A DNA stretch of 64,000 nt, taken from the NCBI GenBank assembly GCA_021647245.1, contig JAKIVC010000002.1, positions 64,184 to 128,183 on the forward strand, read 5' to 3'. Shown here one piece after another: positions 39,242 to 48,025 of this stretch (its first letter is position 1; every line of letters begins with the position of its first letter). A model generated the notes under the pieces. It made no database searches. It worked only from the letters and a program-made list of their open reading frames with translations, and was not told where the DNA came from. The position numbers were made by a program, and so were the translations under genes. The DNA is from Gammaproteobacteria bacterium. Its GTDB lineage: Bacteria > Pseudomonadota > Gammaproteobacteria > RBG-16-57-12.

Positions 39242-40189
39242 CTACTCCGCCAGTTGCAGTATAAACATCTCGACTACAAGCAAGGTACTTAAGAAGGTGG
39301 AAAATAGACTGATGTAGAGTGTTTTGTATTGGTTGTCATACTCTTTTTCGAGGGTATTGCTGAGTTGTTTCATGAGTGAGTTGAGCTGCTTGAAGCTAAG
39401 GCCGATGGCATCACTGGCAATAGCAAAATAGTGATCAGGTTTGATCATAATTTTTTTTGCGCTCAGGAATTCCCTGTCTAGAGTGCTCAAAAACAGCGCA
39501 ATACTTTTCTGGCATTGGGTGAAATCCAACATGTTTTTATCGATTTTTTGATGCCTTAAAATGGTAATTGTCTCATCACATACCAGTGAGGCCTTTTGAT
39601 GAAGATAGCCCAACTTACTCCGGCTTTGTGTATTTAGACGGGCTTGAGTTGCGGCTCCAGTGCCAATTCCCCTTGCCTGACCCAGCACTTCGGTAACAAA
39701 GGGGAGTATGTTGATACCGATCTCCAGCAGTCCATGCAGCTGCTTGTCATCACTGTTGTCCAGCTTGCTCAGGCTGCCGGTATCACTAATTAGATTAAGT
39801 AGTTTTGAGATAATGGCGGTGTGCAGGGAGAAGCTCTCCTCAGCACTGAGTGATGAGAAGTTTTCAGTTACTTTATGCCAGCCCTTCTTAACCTCAAGAT
39901 AACCGGGTGAGCTTGAAAATTCAGGGTAATCGTTACTTATTTTCTGTAGCTGCCGGCCTATTTTTTTTTGGTGCGCATAGCACTTCTCCTTGAAAGCTGA
40001 GTTGCCTTTCAGTAGCGCATTGCTCATGCCGCGATGCTGGGGAATGCTCTCTAGTAACTGGAAAAGCTGGCGGATAACCAATAATCCTGCCTGCCGCCGA
40101 GCTGAAAAACGCCGTTGAACCACCACAGAGCGTAACCACGCCACTGAGATAAAAAATAAAATGAGAGAGACCAGAGTAAGCGTCAGCAT
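39242..40189 (-). CDS. Stand-alone TM-NIT-TM protein: a nitrate/nitrite-sensing (NIT) domain flanked by two transmembrane helices.
   Basis: N-terminal TM, two NIT-type repeats with Q-x-RG motifs ([12 protein letters not shown]; [13 protein letters not shown]), and a C-terminal TM. It starts at an ATG that overlaps the upstream MCP stop (ATGCTGA). Confidence 0.6.
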   Translation of the reverse strand: MLTLTLVSLILFFISVAWLRSVVVQRRFSARRQAGLLVIRQLFQLLESIPQHRGMSNALLKGNSAFKEKCYAHQKKIGRQLQKISNDYPEFSSSPGYLEVKKGWHKVTENFSSLSAEESFSLHTAIISKLLNLISDTGSLSKLDNSDDKQLHGLLEIGINILPFVTEVLGQARGIGTGAATQARLNTQSRSKLGYLHQKASLVCDETITILRHQKIDKNMLDFTQCQKSIALFLSTLDREFLSAKKIMIKPDHYFAIASDAIGLSFKQLNSLMKQLSNTLEKEYDNQYKTLYISLFSTFLSTLLVVEMFILQLAE

Positions 40190-41340
40190 GGTGACTTCTC
40201 TTGTGAACGGGATAACTTGACCAGATAGCCGGCTGTTTCGGATGCCTCTTGGATCACTTCGGTGGTCTGTTGAGCCATCTGATTTATTTTTTCGATATTG
40301 ATGGAGATTTCGCTACTGCTGCTATTCTGCTGGTGAATTGCCAGGCTGATATTTTCCATTGCCGCAACGGTGGATTTCGCCCCTTGTTTAATTGACTGAA
40401 GGGCGTTGTGGGTCGAATCAGAGAGCCCAACACTGTTATTGATGGCGTTGATGATCTGCTCCATACCGTTGCTGACATTCTGCACATCTTGTTGAATAGC
40501 GGATATTTGTTGATTAACTTTGGAGGCCGCCTGCTGGGAGCGTTGCGCCAACTGCCTTACTTCATCAGAAACCACAGAGAAGCCACGGCCATGTTCACCT
40601 GCACGAGCTGCTTCGATGGCTGCATTCAGTGCCAGCAGGTTAGTCTGGTTTGCTATATCATTGATGGTGTCGATGATTGAGCTGATCTCTTGCGAGCGTG
40701 ATAGCAGGCCGTTGATCTGTTCGGTTGATTGATTAATTGAATGAGAGGCCGTCTGGATTTCGGTCGCCATGGTTTTAACAATGTCATCACCTTCAGTCGC
40801 ATAGGTGTCCAACATTTTTGAGGTGCTGTCGGCTTCGTCAGCAAGCCCCGAGATGGTATCGATATTACCGCTTAACTGCTCCATCTCATTTAAAATGCTA
40901 GCCACCGAAGTCTGTTGAATGGTCATCATTTCAGTCGAGTGCCCATTCATTTTTGCTAAATCAAGTGCCGCACTGTGTAGCTCTTCGCTGGCGCTTTTAC
41001 TCTTTTCGTCCAAGCGTTCAACCGCAACCCGCTGCTGATGAAATGCGCTGAATATGGGGTTAAACTCATTCTCTTTATAGCAAGCGGTCTCCCCCTTTGT
41101 CAGGCGGCGTATAGTGTGTAGCTGATAGTGGTGATAAGCAAAAATCAGGTAGAGGGTGATGCTCAGCGTTATGATGACAAGGAGTGTCAGGTCAAATTGC
41201 AGTGCGGGTTCAAGCGTCGGGATAAGATAGAGCAGCGCAGAGGCTAAGGGCAGTACGGTAAGTGATACGATAAAAATCAGTTTTTGGCGTAGTGAGAGTC
41301 GTTCAAAAAGAGCGGTGACGGGTTTGAATAATTGATCCAT
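40183..41340 (-). CDS. Methyl-accepting chemotaxis protein lacking a periplasmic ligand-binding domain (two TMs, a ~10-aa loop, then the signalling domain).
   Basis: TM1 and TM2 are separated by [13 protein letters not shown] signalling domain [34 protein letters not shown]. Confidence 0.8.
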   Translation of the reverse strand: MDQLFKPVTALFERLSLRQKLIFIVSLTVLPLASALLYLIPTLEPALQFDLTLLVIITLSITLYLIFAYHHYQLHTIRRLTKGETACYKENEFNPIFSAFHQQRVAVERLDEKSKSASEELHSAALDLAKMNGHSTEMMTIQQTSVASILNEMEQLSGNIDTISGLADEADSTSKMLDTYATEGDDIVKTMATEIQTASHSINQSTEQINGLLSRSQEISSIIDTINDIANQTNLLALNAAIEAARAGEHGRGFSVVSDEVRQLAQRSQQAASKVNQQISAIQQDVQNVSNGMEQIINAINNSVGLSDSTHNALQSIKQGAKSTVAAMENISLAIHQQNSSSSEISINIEKINQMAQQTTEVIQEASETAGYLVKLSRSQEKSPC

Positions 41341-41452
41341 TCTGCTATTCCTCGTTTTCCTCGTCTATCAGGTAGCCCAGAATAACATTATGATGCGGGT
41401 TTCGAGTTACTCCGTACTACTACCTATAAGGGGTTTGGAACAAGTGAGGGTA

Positions 41453-41602
41453 ATTCCCCTAATCCCTAGGTAGCAACACGTATGCAGGCCCTTGATTCCA
41501 CAGCAAAGCAAAAAATCGTCACCGAACCTACGGGTGCTACTCCTATTTTTTATTTCACTGTGAAACCGATATCTTACATATCATTACGTATTTTTATCTG
41601 GA
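41453..41602 (+). repeat. Full-length copy of intergenic repeat family R1 (~150 bp).
   Basis: cccctaatccctaggtagcaacacgtatgcaggcccttgattccacagcaaagcaaaaaatcgtcaccgaacctacgggtgctactcctattttttatttcactgtgaaaccgatatcttacat...atctggag is ~85% identical to the reverse complement of 50554-50706. Confidence 0.65.
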
Positions 41603-41751
41603 GTTTATGCTGAGCCTAAACCTACCCAAACTTGTTTAAAATCTCCTTAACGGATAGCGTTCTATGCTTGCAGATCTTTAACATTTTTTTCATGAATGGT
41701 CTTGGGCTGGCCGGCTGGTTTTTGGTGGTTGGCCCCCAAAAATCACTCTGG

Positions 41752-43164
41752 CTACCCCTCTACAAGTTCGCGGGCATACTCTTTTAATGTATCCAGTATG
41801 GCTTTTTCGCTGTCACCGTATTCAGGGGTGGCGCGCAGTTCATTTAGCTCAGCCAGATAGCTGGCTAGATCAAGGCGACTCAGGCGGAATGTTTGCCAGC
41901 GTGCCTGCTCCTCTTCGGTCAAGGTGTCGAGGTAGTTGCGAGCACGCATGCGAAACAGCATTTCGGGCAGGCGGCTATCATCAAAAGGTGGCTCATAGCC
42001 TACCAGCTCTTGCGGGGTCATGGTATGGATCTGTGCCATGCGGGACTTATCGTCCGGGCTAAAAAAACCGCCCCCATAGAGCATCTGGTCGGGGTCGGTT
42101 CGTTTTTCGAACTGGCTCTCCGAGAGCACCTGCTGCACTTTCTTGGCGAGTCCTTTTGCCTCTTGCAGAACGGCCAGGTTTTGGCGGCAGAGGTTAAGGT
42201 CGATGCCATACTTTTTGGCCGCCTTGCCATCGAGGGACATAAATGGGGCAATCACCGGGCATTTGTTTATATGTACCGTTTTTAGTGGGATGCGCTCAAC
42301 CCCCTCGGGTAACTCATCACTGCGAGTAAAGAGGCGCTGGTGGATCTTCTTCGCACTGAGGTTGATTAAATCAGCCGGGTCAACGCTTAGATCGTACACC
42401 ACCACGCCATTTTTGTTGGTGGGGTGCTCGGCAATCGGCACCACTATGGCCATATTTCCTTTCTCTACCGGGTACATGCCCGAAACATGAATTACCGGCT
42501 TCTGCTCACGTAAATCAAGCAGCTTGCTCAATTTGCGCTTGTTACGGTTGTTGTATACGTATTCGAACAGCTTGGGCTGTTTCTCTTTAATGAGCTTGGC
42601 CATGGCGATGGTGGCGTAGACATCAGAGAGCGCATCGTGAGCCGATTCATGTGCGATACCATTTGCTGCGGTAAGGTCTTCTAGTCGGACCGAGGGCCGG
42701 CCCTCTTCGGTGGTGGGCCACTCAATGCCTTCAGGGCGCAATGCGCGGGTCATGCGTACCACATCTAAAAGGTCCCAGCGGCTACAGCCATTTTGCCACT
42801 CCCGTGCGTAGGGGTCCATTAGGTTGCGGTAGAGCGTATAACGGGTAAACTCATCATCAAAGCGCAGGTTGTTATAACCCAGCACGCAGGTATTAGGCTC
42901 GCTAAACTGCTCATTGATCAGGCGGATAAACTCAACCTCAGGCAACCCGGCTTCAAGTGCCATGGGTGGTGTGATACCAGTGATTAAGCAGGAGCTGGGG
43001 CTGGGGAAAAAATCATTGGCAGGCTTACAATAGATCATTAATGGATCGCCAATAATATTGAGATCCTCATCGGTACGCACCCCGCCAAATTGTGCAAGGC
43101 GGTCATTCATTGGGCTGAGGCCAAAGGATTCGTAGTCGTACCAATAGAATGTTTTTTTGCTCAT
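41752..43164 (-). CDS. sbcB: Exodeoxyribonuclease I. The start was set at the internal MSKKTF; the ORF-track N-terminal extension would overlap the upstream gene.
   Basis: FYWYDYESFGLSP...DEDLNIIGDPLMIYCKPANDFFPSP is the Exo I N-terminal DEDD exonuclease domain. Confidence 0.9.
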   Translation of the reverse strand: MSKKTFYWYDYESFGLSPMNDRLAQFGGVRTDEDLNIIGDPLMIYCKPANDFFPSPSSCLITGITPPMALEAGLPEVEFIRLINEQFSEPNTCVLGYNNLRFDDEFTRYTLYRNLMDPYAREWQNGCSRWDLLDVVRMTRALRPEGIEWPTTEEGRPSVRLEDLTAANGIAHESAHDALSDVYATIAMAKLIKEKQPKLFEYVYNNRNKRKLSKLLDLREQKPVIHVSGMYPVEKGNMAIVVPIAEHPTNKNGVVVYDLSVDPADLINLSAKKIHQRLFTRSDELPEGVERIPLKTVHINKCPVIAPFMSLDGKAAKKYGIDLNLCRQNLAVLQEAKGLAKKVQQVLSESQFEKRTDPDQMLYGGGFFSPDDKSRMAQIHTMTPQELVGYEPPFDDSRLPEMLFRMRARNYLDTLTEEEQARWQTFRLSRLDLASYLAELNELRATPEYGDSEKAILDTLKEYARELVEG

Positions 43165-43204
43165 GATCGTCTGCTCTTTAGAATAATTATAACGTGCTGC
43201 AAGG

Positions 43205-43684
43205 TTATCTAGACTCTCTGTTTCTGAAGCCAAGGCGCTGGCTGCTGGGGTCGGCTGGGCGGATCGCGACTTCACAGCTAATCTGACAGCAATGGGTGCC
43301 ATCTGTTCGATAAAAGCCGTAACCAAAGTGTGGGGTATGACTGCCCTTTTCGGCCAGTGCGGCTGCTATCTGTTGCCGTAGCGGTTCGGGAAAATCGAAT
43401 TGTAAAACTAGATCCTCACTGCCTGGGCGTAAAAAATCCAGCTGCAAACGCTTTGTCCACACCGTGTAATCTGGGAAGCCGTTGGCACAAGCCAGTGCCG
43501 CAATCGGATCCGCCAGGGAGGCCATGGCACCGCCAAACAGGGTGCCACCGGGATTAAGGTTTTGTGGCTCCCGCGGCAGCAAAATACGTACCCGCTGCCA
43601 CTGTTCGCTCAGTTCCAACACTTTTATATTCATCGATTTAAACGGTGGATAGCTTTCCAGGCGTTGTGCGGCGTGTTGTGACAC
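43205..43684 (-). CDS. Hotdog-fold thioesterase-like protein (PaaI/YiiD-C-terminal-like).
   Basis: GGTLFGGAMASLADPIAALAC hotdog motif. 159 aa. Specificity is unknown. Confidence 0.55.
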   Translation of the reverse strand: MSQHAAQRLESYPPFKSMNIKVLELSEQWQRVRILLPREPQNLNPGGTLFGGAMASLADPIAALACANGFPDYTVWTKRLQLDFLRPGSEDLVLQFDFPEPLRQQIAAALAEKGSHTPHFGYGFYRTDGTHCCQISCEVAIRPADPSSQRLGFRNRESR

Positions 43685-43750
43685 GATGAGTTCCCGATGA
43701 CTGATGGATCAGGTTATGATAGCAGCTCCTGATAAGTCATGTAATCTACG

Positions 43751-44512
43751 ATGTCTCACACTACTGTTGCTATTATCGCTACTCATCCAGCACGTCAGCC
43801 AGAGGCGGATATGCTTGCCCATCATTTGGCGCTGCCTTGTGGCGAGTCGCCACAATTTAATTTGGAGTTTACGGGTGACCGGTTGCAGCTGTGCCTTAAT
43901 GCGGTGGCGGCTCCCGGCCCCATCTATGTCGACTTTGTGGGGGGTAAAGCGGCTCATCGCCGCCACTTTGGTGGTGGACGTAACCAGCCCATGGTGAGGG
44001 CTGTGGGGTTAAAGCCGGGTATAAACCCACACATTTTCGATGCGACGGCGGGGCTGGGGCGGGATAGCTTTGTCTTCGCCAGTCTGGGTTGCCAAGTGAC
44101 GATGGTAGAGCAAAATCCGCTCATCGCCGCACTGCTTGAAGATGGTTTACAGCGAGGTCAGGGCACCCTGCCCGAAATCTGCCAGCGGATGACGCTGGTT
44201 AATATGGATAGCGTAGAGTACCTACAGCACTGCAGTGAAACCCCTGATGTGATCTATCTTGACCCGATGTACCCGCATCGGGATAAATCGGCTTTGGTAA
44301 AAAAAGAGATGCGCCTGTTTCAGCTGCTGCTCGGGGAGCCAGTAGATAGTCGTGATCTAATGGTGGCAGCGCTAAATTGTGCCAGAAAACGCGTGGTGGT
44401 AAAGCGCCCCAAGGGGGCCGAACGGATATCAAAGCATTTACCGACCATGAGCATTAACAGTAAAAATACCCGCTATGATGTTTATGTTATTGCGGCAATG
44501 CACACAAAATAG
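43751..44512 (+). CDS. rsmJ: 16S rRNA (guanine1516-N2)-methyltransferase RsmJ.
   Basis: FVGGKAAHRRHFGGGRNQPMVRAVG...DATAGLGRDSFVFASLGCQVTMVEQNP...YLDPMYPHRDKSALVKKEMRLFQ is a close match to YhiQ/RsmJ. Confidence 0.9.
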   Translation: MSHTTVAIIATHPARQPEADMLAHHLALPCGESPQFNLEFTGDRLQLCLNAVAAPGPIYVDFVGGKAAHRRHFGGGRNQPMVRAVGLKPGINPHIFDATAGLGRDSFVFASLGCQVTMVEQNPLIAALLEDGLQRGQGTLPEICQRMTLVNMDSVEYLQHCSETPDVIYLDPMYPHRDKSALVKKEMRLFQLLLGEPVDSRDLMVAALNCARKRVVVKRPKGAERISKHLPTMSINSKNTRYDVYVIAAMHTK

Positions 44513-44687
44513 TGAGCGCATTCGCATAGTGCTGGACATTCGTTAAAACCCAGTGCTATGCTGAGGTTTGGCCGTTGGTGAGTTAACGGTCAACTGTATG
44601 TCCTCATTATATGCGCTGGATGCTTTTGGTGTACGGTGAAATTTAGAGTTCAAAATTAGCGTAATCAACGAAGAGAAGGATAATCCC

Positions 44688-45167
44688 ATGAAAAAGACAA
44701 TTCTGGCGGGCGTAATGGCCTTGGCAATGGCTCCAATGGCATCTCAAGCTGAAACAGGTGCAGGTTGTGGTCTGGGTTCAATGTTATTGGAAGGTCAGCA
44801 GGGGCTGGTTTTTAATGTACTGGCAGCAACTGTCAACGGTACATCGGGCAATCAAACCTTCGGTATGACTTCTGGCACCTTGGGTTGTGATGGCGAAGGT
44901 ACGGTCACTTTCGCAGCGGCGGGTGAATATCTGGATGCCAATATGGAGCAGGTTGCTCGCGGTATGGCAACGGGTGAAGGTGAAGCGATGGATACGTTGG
45001 CAAGTCTGATGGGTGTTTCAGCAGCAGATAAAGCTGCTTTTGTTCAAGTTTCTAAAGCTAATTTCTCAGTTATTTTTAGCAAAGAGAATGTAACCAGTGC
45101 TGATGTGATGTCATCACTGACTCAAGCTATGGCAGCTGATCAGTCGCTATCAAAGTATATCTCTTAA
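44688..45167 (+). CDS. DUF3015 family secreted protein.
   Basis: Signal peptide, AGCGLGS and GTLGCDGEG motifs. 159 aa. Confidence 0.6.
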   Translation: MKKTILAGVMALAMAPMASQAETGAGCGLGSMLLEGQQGLVFNVLAATVNGTSGNQTFGMTSGTLGCDGEGTVTFAAAGEYLDANMEQVARGMATGEGEAMDTLASLMGVSAADKAAFVQVSKANFSVIFSKENVTSADVMSSLTQAMAADQSLSKYIS

Positions 45168-45260
45168 TTGAGAGCTTGCTTTGAGTGGTCGCCTTTCGGC
45201 GGCCGCTCTTCCCCTCGTTTTTTCTTTATTCCAACACCCCCTATCCAAAAAGTGTCCAAT

Positions 45261-47159
45261 GTGACAAGACTCCTGTTTACCTTGTTAATAGCGCTGTTTT
45301 CTCTCAATAGCAATGCCACAGAAAATAGCTACCTGAACCAATTAATTGCAGCGAGCCACGAGCAGCAATTGGCGCAGAATGCTGGCTGGTGGTCACTACT
45401 CCACTACCGAAAAGAAGTGCTGGGAGGCTATCCGCTAAGTGAGGCTGATGATGAGCGTTTTTTCTTCTCTGCGGAGGGTAGCCGCGATGCCGAACTTGAG
45501 TTGGCAGCGACGCTAAGTGCCTTTTTTACGCCACTGATAGGCGATTTGAGTGAACACCCTCAGTGCCGCTTTCCGGCACGTTATTATTGGCTGTCACAAC
45601 AGCTGGATATCGCTACAGAGCGGTTGCCACAGCCCCCTTGTGATGAGTTTAACCAGTGGATGGAGACCATTAATCCTGGCAGTGCCACACTGGTCTTTCC
45701 GGCCGCCTACCTCAATAGCCCCTCCTCGATGTTCGGTCATACATTGCTACGGATTGACCCCGCTGATAAGCGCAGTGAGACGCCGCTGATCTCTTATGCC
45801 CTCAATTATGCGGCCGCAATCACTGGAGAGGAAAATGGGTTTGTTTTTGCTTATAAAGGCATCTTTGGTGGCTACCCCGGTAGCTTTGCGCTGGTGCCCT
45901 ATTATGAAAAGATAAAAGAGTACAGCGATATGGAGAATCGCAATATTTGGGAGTACCAGCTTAATTTAAGTGGTGATGAGGTACGCCAGCTGATGCGCCA
46001 TACATGGGAAGTAAGTAAGATTCGCTTTGACTACTATTTTTTCGATGAAAACTGCTCCTATCGTCTGCTTACATTGCTGGATGTCGCTCGCCCGGGACTT
46101 GGTTTGGCTGAGCCGTTCTCCGCCACGGCGATCCCCGCAGATACGGTACGTGCGGTTGAGCAAAAAAATCTATTCAGTGGTATTAATTACCGCCCCTCAA
46201 CGACTACCACGCTCAACCATCGCTTGAATCTGTTGGATGAGTCGCAGCAGCGGCAACTGCTCATGTTAATTACCGATGACACGGCACACCAACAGAGTGA
46301 ATTTTTATCTTTAAATGAATCATTGCGGGCCAAGCTTTTGGAGTTAGCTTATGATCTGCAACTTTATCGCATCCGCGCAAGCGGCTTACAGCGTGATCCA
46401 CGGGCATCTCATGCTTATCAGCTGTTATCACAACGCAGCAAGCTGGCATCATCAGCAGAGTGGCCGGAAGTGCCGATTCCCGGGGTACGCGCAGAGCAGG
46501 GGCACCTCAGCTCGCGCATCGCACTCTCTCTGGGTAGCCGTGAAAAGCAGTTGTTTACAGCACTGCGCTACCGCCCCGCTTATCACGATATTCTTGACCC
46601 GGCACAGGGCTATGGTGTGGGCATGCAGATCAACTTTTCCGATCTTAATCTACGTTACTATCCAGAAGAGCAGCGCGTAGAAATTGAAGAGTGGAAAATC
46701 ATCAATATACTGTCGCTCTCACCCCGCAATGATTTTTTTCAGCCTATCTCCTGGGGTATCGATTTGGGTTTTCAGCGGCAGCGGTTTAATGGGCAGAGCG
46801 TTTTACCACTACAGGTGACGGGAGAGGCGGGTGTCAGTTACCGGCTGGGCAAGCAGTGGCTTGCCAGCACCCTGGCTCAACTACAGTTTGCTGCGCACCA
46901 CGATTTTGACGAAAAAATTAAAGCGGGAGTGGGGCCGAACTTGAAACTGCTCTATCATTCAAATCAGGTGCACAGCCTGCTTTTAGTACAAATGATGCAC
47001 TTCCCTCAAGGGGATGAATATCAAACATGGCAGCTGAACTGGCAGTTAAACCTCCCCTTGCCAAGCGAGCAACAGGGGCTACGTTTCAGTGCTAAACGTG
47101 AGTGGCAGGAGGGTAATGCCTTTAATGAGTTTGAGATTGCCTGGCAGTGGTATTTTTAA
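45261..47159 (+). CDS. DUF4105 domain-containing (Lnb-like) exported protein. The probable GTG start is at 45261; the upstream in-frame extension is not coding.
   Basis: Signal peptide MTRLLFTLLIALFSLNSNA. SSMFGHTLLRIDP...YYFFDENCSYRLL is the DUF4105 core. Confidence 0.55.
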   Translation: MTRLLFTLLIALFSLNSNATENSYLNQLIAASHEQQLAQNAGWWSLLHYRKEVLGGYPLSEADDERFFFSAEGSRDAELELAATLSAFFTPLIGDLSEHPQCRFPARYYWLSQQLDIATERLPQPPCDEFNQWMETINPGSATLVFPAAYLNSPSSMFGHTLLRIDPADKRSETPLISYALNYAAAITGEENGFVFAYKGIFGGYPGSFALVPYYEKIKEYSDMENRNIWEYQLNLSGDEVRQLMRHTWEVSKIRFDYYFFDENCSYRLLTLLDVARPGLGLAEPFSATAIPADTVRAVEQKNLFSGINYRPSTTTTLNHRLNLLDESQQRQLLMLITDDTAHQQSEFLSLNESLRAKLLELAYDLQLYRIRASGLQRDPRASHAYQLLSQRSKLASSAEWPEVPIPGVRAEQGHLSSRIALSLGSREKQLFTALRYRPAYHDILDPAQGYGVGMQINFSDLNLRYYPEEQRVEIEEWKIINILSLSPRNDFFQPISWGIDLGFQRQRFNGQSVLPLQVTGEAGVSYRLGKQWLASTLAQLQFAAHHDFDEKIKAGVGPNLKLLYHSNQVHSLLLVQMMHFPQGDEYQTWQLNWQLNLPLPSEQQGLRFSAKREWQEGNAFNEFEIAWQWYF

Positions 47160-48004
47160 TGCTACGCCGGCTTACACTAATAATAATTTTGCTGCTTACC
47201 CTTAGCGGCTGCACACAGCTTTTTTTCCAGCCCTCACAGGGGTACCTCATAACACCAGATCAGCTTGGTCTCAGTTATCAAGAGATCATATTCAATAGCC
47301 CTGATGGTCTTGAACTTCACGGCTGGTGGCTTCCGTCGGTAGGCGAGGCGCATGCCACGGTGCTTTTTTTGCACGGCAATGCTCAAAATATCAGCAACCA
47401 CCTTGGTAGCGTCTATTGGCTGCCTAAAGAGGGGGTCAATCTATTTATTGTGGACTATCGTGGCTATGGACAGTCGGAAGGCGTGCCTTCCCTGCCTGGG
47501 GCGATGCTGGATATCGAAGCCGCACTACAACAGGCACTCACCTTGACGGATAATACCCCGCTGGTTGTGGTCAGCCATAGTCTGGGTGCCAGTATGGCAA
47601 TTCATGCCTTGGCTGAAAGCCCAAATAAAAGCAGCCTCTCTGGTGCGATTTTCGCAGCCCCTTTTAGTGATTATCGTCAGGTGGTGCGGGAGGTTGTGGC
47701 AAAGGTGTGGTTTCTGTGGCCGTTTCAGTATCCACTCTCCTGGAGTATCAATAATGACTTTGCGCCTATTGAGAGTGTTGCTAGGCTCGCACCACTTCCT
47801 CTGCTCTTTTTACATAGCTCTGCTGATACGATTATCATACCCCGGCACAGCGAACAGTTATTTGCGGTGGCGAGAGAGCCGAAACAGCTGCAGCTGCTGA
47901 AGGGGGGGCACAATGAGCTGTTTACCCCGCAAGAGAATCGGCAACTCATACTCGACACCATCTATCGCTGGAGTAATAGAATCCTAATCACCACAAACCA
48001 TTAG
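47159..48004 (+). CDS. Alpha/beta hydrolase lipoprotein.
   Basis: Lipobox LSGC. HGNAQN ...VVSHSLGASMA nucleophile elbow (GxSxG). The start overlaps the previous stop (TAATG). Confidence 0.75.
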   Translation: MLRRLTLIIILLLTLSGCTQLFFQPSQGYLITPDQLGLSYQEIIFNSPDGLELHGWWLPSVGEAHATVLFLHGNAQNISNHLGSVYWLPKEGVNLFIVDYRGYGQSEGVPSLPGAMLDIEAALQQALTLTDNTPLVVVSHSLGASMAIHALAESPNKSSLSGAIFAAPFSDYRQVVREVVAKVWFLWPFQYPLSWSINNDFAPIESVARLAPLPLLFLHSSADTIIIPRHSEQLFAVAREPKQLQLLKGGHNELFTPQENRQLILDTIYRWSNRILITTNH

Positions 48005-48025
48005 TTCTATGCTTCAATACCGCTT

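Noticed and set aside
41752-43326. Long N-terminal extensions in the ORF track for sbcB (to 43326), typA (to 61227), rpoZ (to 56154), ridA (to 53668), speD (from 28772), yggT (from 17836) and the 50731 ORF.
   Set aside because: Conserved family N-termini begin at internal Met or GTG codons, and the extensions overlap neighbouring genes. They were treated as start-site over-calls rather than novel domains.
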